A stretch of DNA of 32,000 nt from Blochmannia endosymbiont of Camponotus nipponensis (GTDB lineage Bacteria; Pseudomonadota; Gammaproteobacteria; Enterobacterales; Enterobacteriaceae). Where the stretch lies: the NCBI RefSeq assembly GCF_009827135.1, contig NZ_CP046534.1, forward strand, positions 540,001 to 572,000. The letters are read 5' to 3'. Shown here piece after piece: positions 28,576 to 32,000 of the stretch. How positions within the stretch are numbered: position 1 is the first letter of the stretch; the number at the start of each line of letters is the position of its first letter. Position numbers and translations under genes: made by a program. A model generated the notes under the pieces. It worked only from the letters and a program-made list of their open reading frames with translations, did not search any database and was not told where the DNA came from.

Positions 28576-29643
28576 ATGAGTATTGAGATAGATGGAATCA
28601 CTAAGTTTTTTGGTCATGATAAAATATTGACTAATATTTCTTTACATATCGAATCTGGAGAAGTAATAGCGTTATTAGGGCCATCTGGTTCTGGTAAAAC
28701 AACATTATTGCGTATTATTGCTGGGTTAGAACATCATAATAGCGGTGTTTTACGTTTTAGAGGTAAAGATGTAAGTCAACTTAATGCACGTGATCGTCGT
28801 GTTGGTTTTGTTTTTCAAAATTATGCTTTGTTTCGTCATATGACAGTATCAGATAATATTTCTTTTGGTATAAGAATGCTACCACGTCGTAATCGTCCAA
28901 GTTCTAATCTAATTAGTAAAAAAGTTACACAATTATTAAATATGGTACAACTGGGACATTTAGCAAATAGATACCCTATGCAGCTTTCTGGGGGGCAAAA
29001 GCAACGTGTAGCTTTAGCTCGTTCTTTAGCAATTGAACCAGAAATTTTGCTATTAGACGAACCATTTGGCGCATTAGATACTCAAGTGCGAAAAGAATTA
29101 CGTCGTTGGATTCGTACGCTACATAATGAATTTAAGTTCACTAGTGTTTTTGTCACTCATGATCAAGAAGAAGCTATGGAAGTGGCTAATAGAATAGTAG
29201 TTATGAATAGAGGAATCATTGAGCAAATAGGTACTCCTAAAGATATTTGGTGTCTTCCGGCGACTCGTTTTGTTTTAGAGTTTTTAAGCGAAGTTAATTG
29301 TATTCAAGGGGTAGTGTGTGGATCGGAATTGTTTATTGGGTCTTATCATTGGGCTTTACCATATATGCCTGCTTTGCAAGGAAAAGTAGAATTGTTTTTT
29401 CGTCCATGGGAAATGGATATTAGCAAGGAATCTAATGTGTTATATCCATTACCGGCTAAGATTGTTAATGTTAGTTTACATGGTTATTATTGGCAATTGA
29501 GTGTAGAACCTTTAGGTTGGCATCAAGATTTATTGACTATAATTTTAGGAATTAAGGACATTTTTGGTGTTCCAGAATGTGGCGTATGTTGTTATTTAAG
29601 TGGTCGTAATGCACGAATATACTCAGGAGAGATACTATTGTGA
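28576..29643 (+). CDS. cysA: Sulfate/thiosulfate ABC transporter ATP-binding protein CysA
   Basis: 355 aa. Starts MSIEI. Contains Walker A GPSGSGKTTLLRIIAGLEH, the Q-loop FVFQ-YALFRHMTV, the signature LSGGQKQRVALAR, Walker B LLLDEPFGALD, the H-loop FVTHDQEEA and a CysA-type C-terminal regulatory domain (PATRFVLEF). Confidence 0.97.
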   Translation: MSIEIDGITKFFGHDKILTNISLHIESGEVIALLGPSGSGKTTLLRIIAGLEHHNSGVLRFRGKDVSQLNARDRRVGFVFQNYALFRHMTVSDNISFGIRMLPRRNRPSSNLISKKVTQLLNMVQLGHLANRYPMQLSGGQKQRVALARSLAIEPEILLLDEPFGALDTQVRKELRRWIRTLHNEFKFTSVFVTHDQEEAMEVANRIVVMNRGIIEQIGTPKDIWCLPATRFVLEFLSEVNCIQGVVCGSELFIGSYHWALPYMPALQGKVELFFRPWEMDISKESNVLYPLPAKIVNVSLHGYYWQLSVEPLGWHQDLLTIILGIKDIFGVPECGVCCYLSGRNARIYSGEILL

Positions 29644-30088
29644 TTTTTTGATATCTTGTGCATTATATAGGATGTGTAGGATGGATGAGTATAGATTAAT
29701 ATACTATTAATTTATATATGTTGTATTGATATAAGGGTAAATGATTAGTGGTTTTTATATTTTAGCGTTGTGTATGTAAATATTGGTTTTATCCATAAGT
29801 TTGTGATTTTTAAAGTGTCTATTTCAGCAGATTGTGAGAAATTCTGTAAGGTTATATAGAGAGAGTGAAATAAAAATTTTTAATATATTTTGTATCTGTA
29901 TAGTAAAGATATATATTTATATATATTATATAAATTATTTTATGTATTTGTTAAATGTGTGCATAGACGTAGGTTTGATTTTTTTTTGATAATCATGTAA
30001 TCGATAATAATTTATAGAAATTATAAATATTTTGGTGTTTAAAATTGTACATTTATAATGTTTATTGTTTCAATGGAACATGATGTTA

Positions 30089-31819
30089 TCATTTTTGATT
30101 GTCATTCAATTTGTGCATATTTGCAAGTAAATGTATTAATGATTCTGTGGTGGAATAATTTAGTGCTTTTTGTGCTATTTTTTTTGCATCGTGATAATAT
30201 GAGCTACGGATTATTTTTTTGATACGTGGAATAGATATAGAGCTCATACTGAATTCATCTAGCCCCATTCCCAATAGTAGCAGGGTAGTTCTTTCATCTC
30301 CTGCCATTTCTCCGCACATAGCTGTCCATTTTCCTTCAGCATGTGAGGCTTCGATGACTTGTTTAATCAATATTAAAATAGACGGAGATATAGGATTATA
30401 TAGATGAGAAATTAATTTGTTGCCGCGATCTACTGCAAGAGTATATTGAGTTAAATCATTAGTTCCAATACTAAAAAAATCTACTTCTTTAATTAAATGA
30501 TGAGCTATGATTGCAGAAGCAGGAGTTTCAATCATAATACCTACTTTAATATTTTCGTCAAATTTTTTATTTTCTTTGCGAAGTTGTGTTTTTAAAAAAT
30601 TTAATTCTGTGTTTAAAGCTTTTATTTCTTCTACCGAGATAATCATAGGATACATTATGCGTAATTTCCCAAAAAAAGAAGCTCGTAAGATAGCACGTAA
30701 TTGAGTATGTAATATATCTTTTCTATCTAACATAATGCGAATTGCGCGCCATCCAAGGAATGGGTTTTCTTCGTGTGGGAGATGCATGTATGGTAAATTT
30801 TTATCACCTCCAATATCCATGATACGTATAACTACTGCTTTGTTAATCATTGATTCGGCTGCATTTTTATAAGCTTTAAATTGTTCTTCTTCTGTAGGTA
30901 ATGTATTACGATTCATAAATAAAAATTCAGTTCTATATAATCCTATGCCTGCAGCTCCATGTTTTTTAGCTCTAATTATATCATGTATCGTACCAATATT
31001 GGCGCATATTTGCACTTGATGTCCATCAAGAGTAATAGTTGGGAGATTCTTTAATTTGGTTAGTTCATATTTTTCAGAAATATATTTCTTTTTTAATGCG
31101 TTGAGATTTTCAATAGTTTTTGGAGTTGGATTAATGTAAATTTTATTATTTAAAGCATCGAGTATTATAAAGTCTCCATTAGAAACTTGTTTTGTGATAA
31201 CACCAGTTCCTACAATAGCTGGTAATTCTAAAGAACGCGCCATAATAGAGGTATGTGAGGTATTGCCACCAGCATCAGTAATAAATCCTAACACTTTTTT
31301 TAAATTTAATTGAGCAGTTTCTGATGGGCTAAGATCTACTGCAATAATGATTACTTCTTCATTAATAGCATTTAAATCAACAATTGGGATGCCTAGAATA
31401 TTCTTTAATAAGCGATTTCCAATGTCTCGTACATCAGTAGAACGTTCTTTTAAGTATTCGTCTTCTAGTTGTTCTAAGGCTTTTGCTTGAGCTTCAATTA
31501 CTGAATGTACGGCAGCATCGGCACTAAATAGCTCTTCTTTGATAAGAGTGATAATATCTTGTTCAAGTTCTTCATCTTCTAGTAATATAATATGGCCTTC
31601 AAAAATAGCTTCTTTTTTTGTGTTTAATTGTTTTTTTACTTTCTCTTTAATTTTTTTTAATTGTTTGGATGTTTCAGCGCGTCCGGAAAGAAACCGATTG
31701 ATTTCTCGATCAATGGTATCAATGTTAATTTTTTTTGAATTAATGAGAATTTTTTTTTCTTGTAATAGCAACGCTTTTCCGAAGGCGATGCCAGGTGATA
31801 CTGAGATTCCTGAAATCAT
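30089..31819 (-). CDS. ptsI: PTS enzyme I (phosphoenolpyruvate-protein phosphotransferase)
   Basis: 576 aa. Contains [17 protein letters not shown], the phospho-His region [75 protein letters not shown] and the catalytic Cys in [13 protein letters not shown]. Confidence 0.97.
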   Translation of the reverse strand: MISGISVSPGIAFGKALLLQEKKILINSKKINIDTIDREINRFLSGRAETSKQLKKIKEKVKKQLNTKKEAIFEGHIILLEDEELEQDIITLIKEELFSADAAVHSVIEAQAKALEQLEDEYLKERSTDVRDIGNRLLKNILGIPIVDLNAINEEVIIIAVDLSPSETAQLNLKKVLGFITDAGGNTSHTSIMARSLELPAIVGTGVITKQVSNGDFIILDALNNKIYINPTPKTIENLNALKKKYISEKYELTKLKNLPTITLDGHQVQICANIGTIHDIIRAKKHGAAGIGLYRTEFLFMNRNTLPTEEEQFKAYKNAAESMINKAVVIRIMDIGGDKNLPYMHLPHEENPFLGWRAIRIMLDRKDILHTQLRAILRASFFGKLRIMYPMIISVEEIKALNTELNFLKTQLRKENKKFDENIKVGIMIETPASAIIAHHLIKEVDFFSIGTNDLTQYTLAVDRGNKLISHLYNPISPSILILIKQVIEASHAEGKWTAMCGEMAGDERTTLLLLGMGLDEFSMSSISIPRIKKIIRSSYYHDAKKIAQKALNYSTTESLIHLLANMHKLNDNQK

Positions 31820-31882
31820 AATTCTACCTGCATTAGAGTCATAAATAGTTTATATCTGTAATTGATTGGTTAATGTTTTGTA

Positions 31883-32000
31883 TTATTTAAGTTCAGCAAT
31901 GAATTTAATTAAATGTTGTACTGCTTGCTCGGCATCTGTACCATTAGCGGAAATGACAATTATAGATCCTTTACTTAAACCTAGTGTTTGTAGTTTAAAT
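31883..32000 (-). CDS. ptsH: Phosphocarrier protein HPr, C-terminal about 38 codons (5' end beyond the window)
   Basis: The minus-strand translation ...[38 protein letters not shown] matches the E. coli HPr C-terminus ([38 protein letters not shown]). The stop is at 31883-31885, 63 nt upstream of ptsI, as in the ptsHI operon. Confidence 0.93.
   Translation of the reverse strand, partial: [38 protein letters not shown]

Noticed and set aside
331-31844. Fifteen listed 60-116-codon ORFs lie inside or antisense to the genes called above: 331..573(-), 1676..1918(-), 5181..5414(+), 6313..6525(-), 7266..7469(-), 9318..9521(+), 10808..11092(-), 14904..15176(-), 15463..15813(-), 18966..19187(-), 23177..23359(+), 27226..27411(-), 30219..30407(+), 30507..30704(+) and 31539..31844(+).
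   Set aside because: Each overlaps, in another frame or on the other strand, a gene with unambiguous full-length homology. Their products are low-complexity with no recognisable motifs. They are typical shadow ORFs.
1-32000. A search for CRISPR arrays, tRNA/rRNA genes, IS elements, prophage or defence-type gene clusters.
   Set aside because: I found no regularly spaced direct repeats, no tRNA-like T-arm/acceptor patterns in the spacers I read, and no ORFs with transposase, integrase, nuclease or toxin motifs. Every ORF over 100 codons is accounted for by a housekeeping homolog. A tRNAscan/Infernal run would be the definitive check for small RNAs.

Overview
This window is a very AT-rich stretch of a reduced, Enterobacterales-derived insect-endosymbiont chromosome. 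The proteins are E. coli-like housekeeping proteins, and the window also carries a urease cluster and the CysPUWA sulfate importer. That combination points to a carpenter-ant symbiont of the Candidatus Blochmannia type, though I cannot assign a species by eye. All homology statements come from reading the translations against remembered E. coli and Klebsiella sequences; no search was run.

I support 25 protein genes plus one candidate small ORF:
- rlmN (5'-partial), ispG, hisS, der
- mqo (-)
- guaB, guaA
- ureD, ureA, ureB, ureC, then a gap, then ureF, ureG
- a 66-codon single-TM ORF (-)
- upp, bcp (-), dapA, a truncated bamC, dapE (-), tkt (-)
- cysP, cysU, cysW, cysA
- ptsI (-), ptsH (-, partial)

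I saw no rRNA, tRNA, CRISPR array, IS or transposase, integrase, phage, toxin-antitoxin or defence genes.

Gene order is collinear with E. coli K-12 b2517 down to b2415, with most intervening genes gone. Only mqo and the ure cluster break that order. By my coordinates about 7 kb (roughly a fifth of the window) is ORF-free spacer, including one spacer of 2.25 kb.

I do not see a convincing novel multi-gene system. The observations most worth a second look are:
- a ureE-sized empty slot inside an otherwise intact urease cluster
- a BamC cut down to its lipobox plus the BamD-binding N-terminal segment, with the bamB slot also empty
- an orphan small membrane ORF carrying an A12 tract next to the urease genes
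- several perfect long inverted repeats in spacers that otherwise look fully decayed
- the 2.25-kb spacer upstream of cysP
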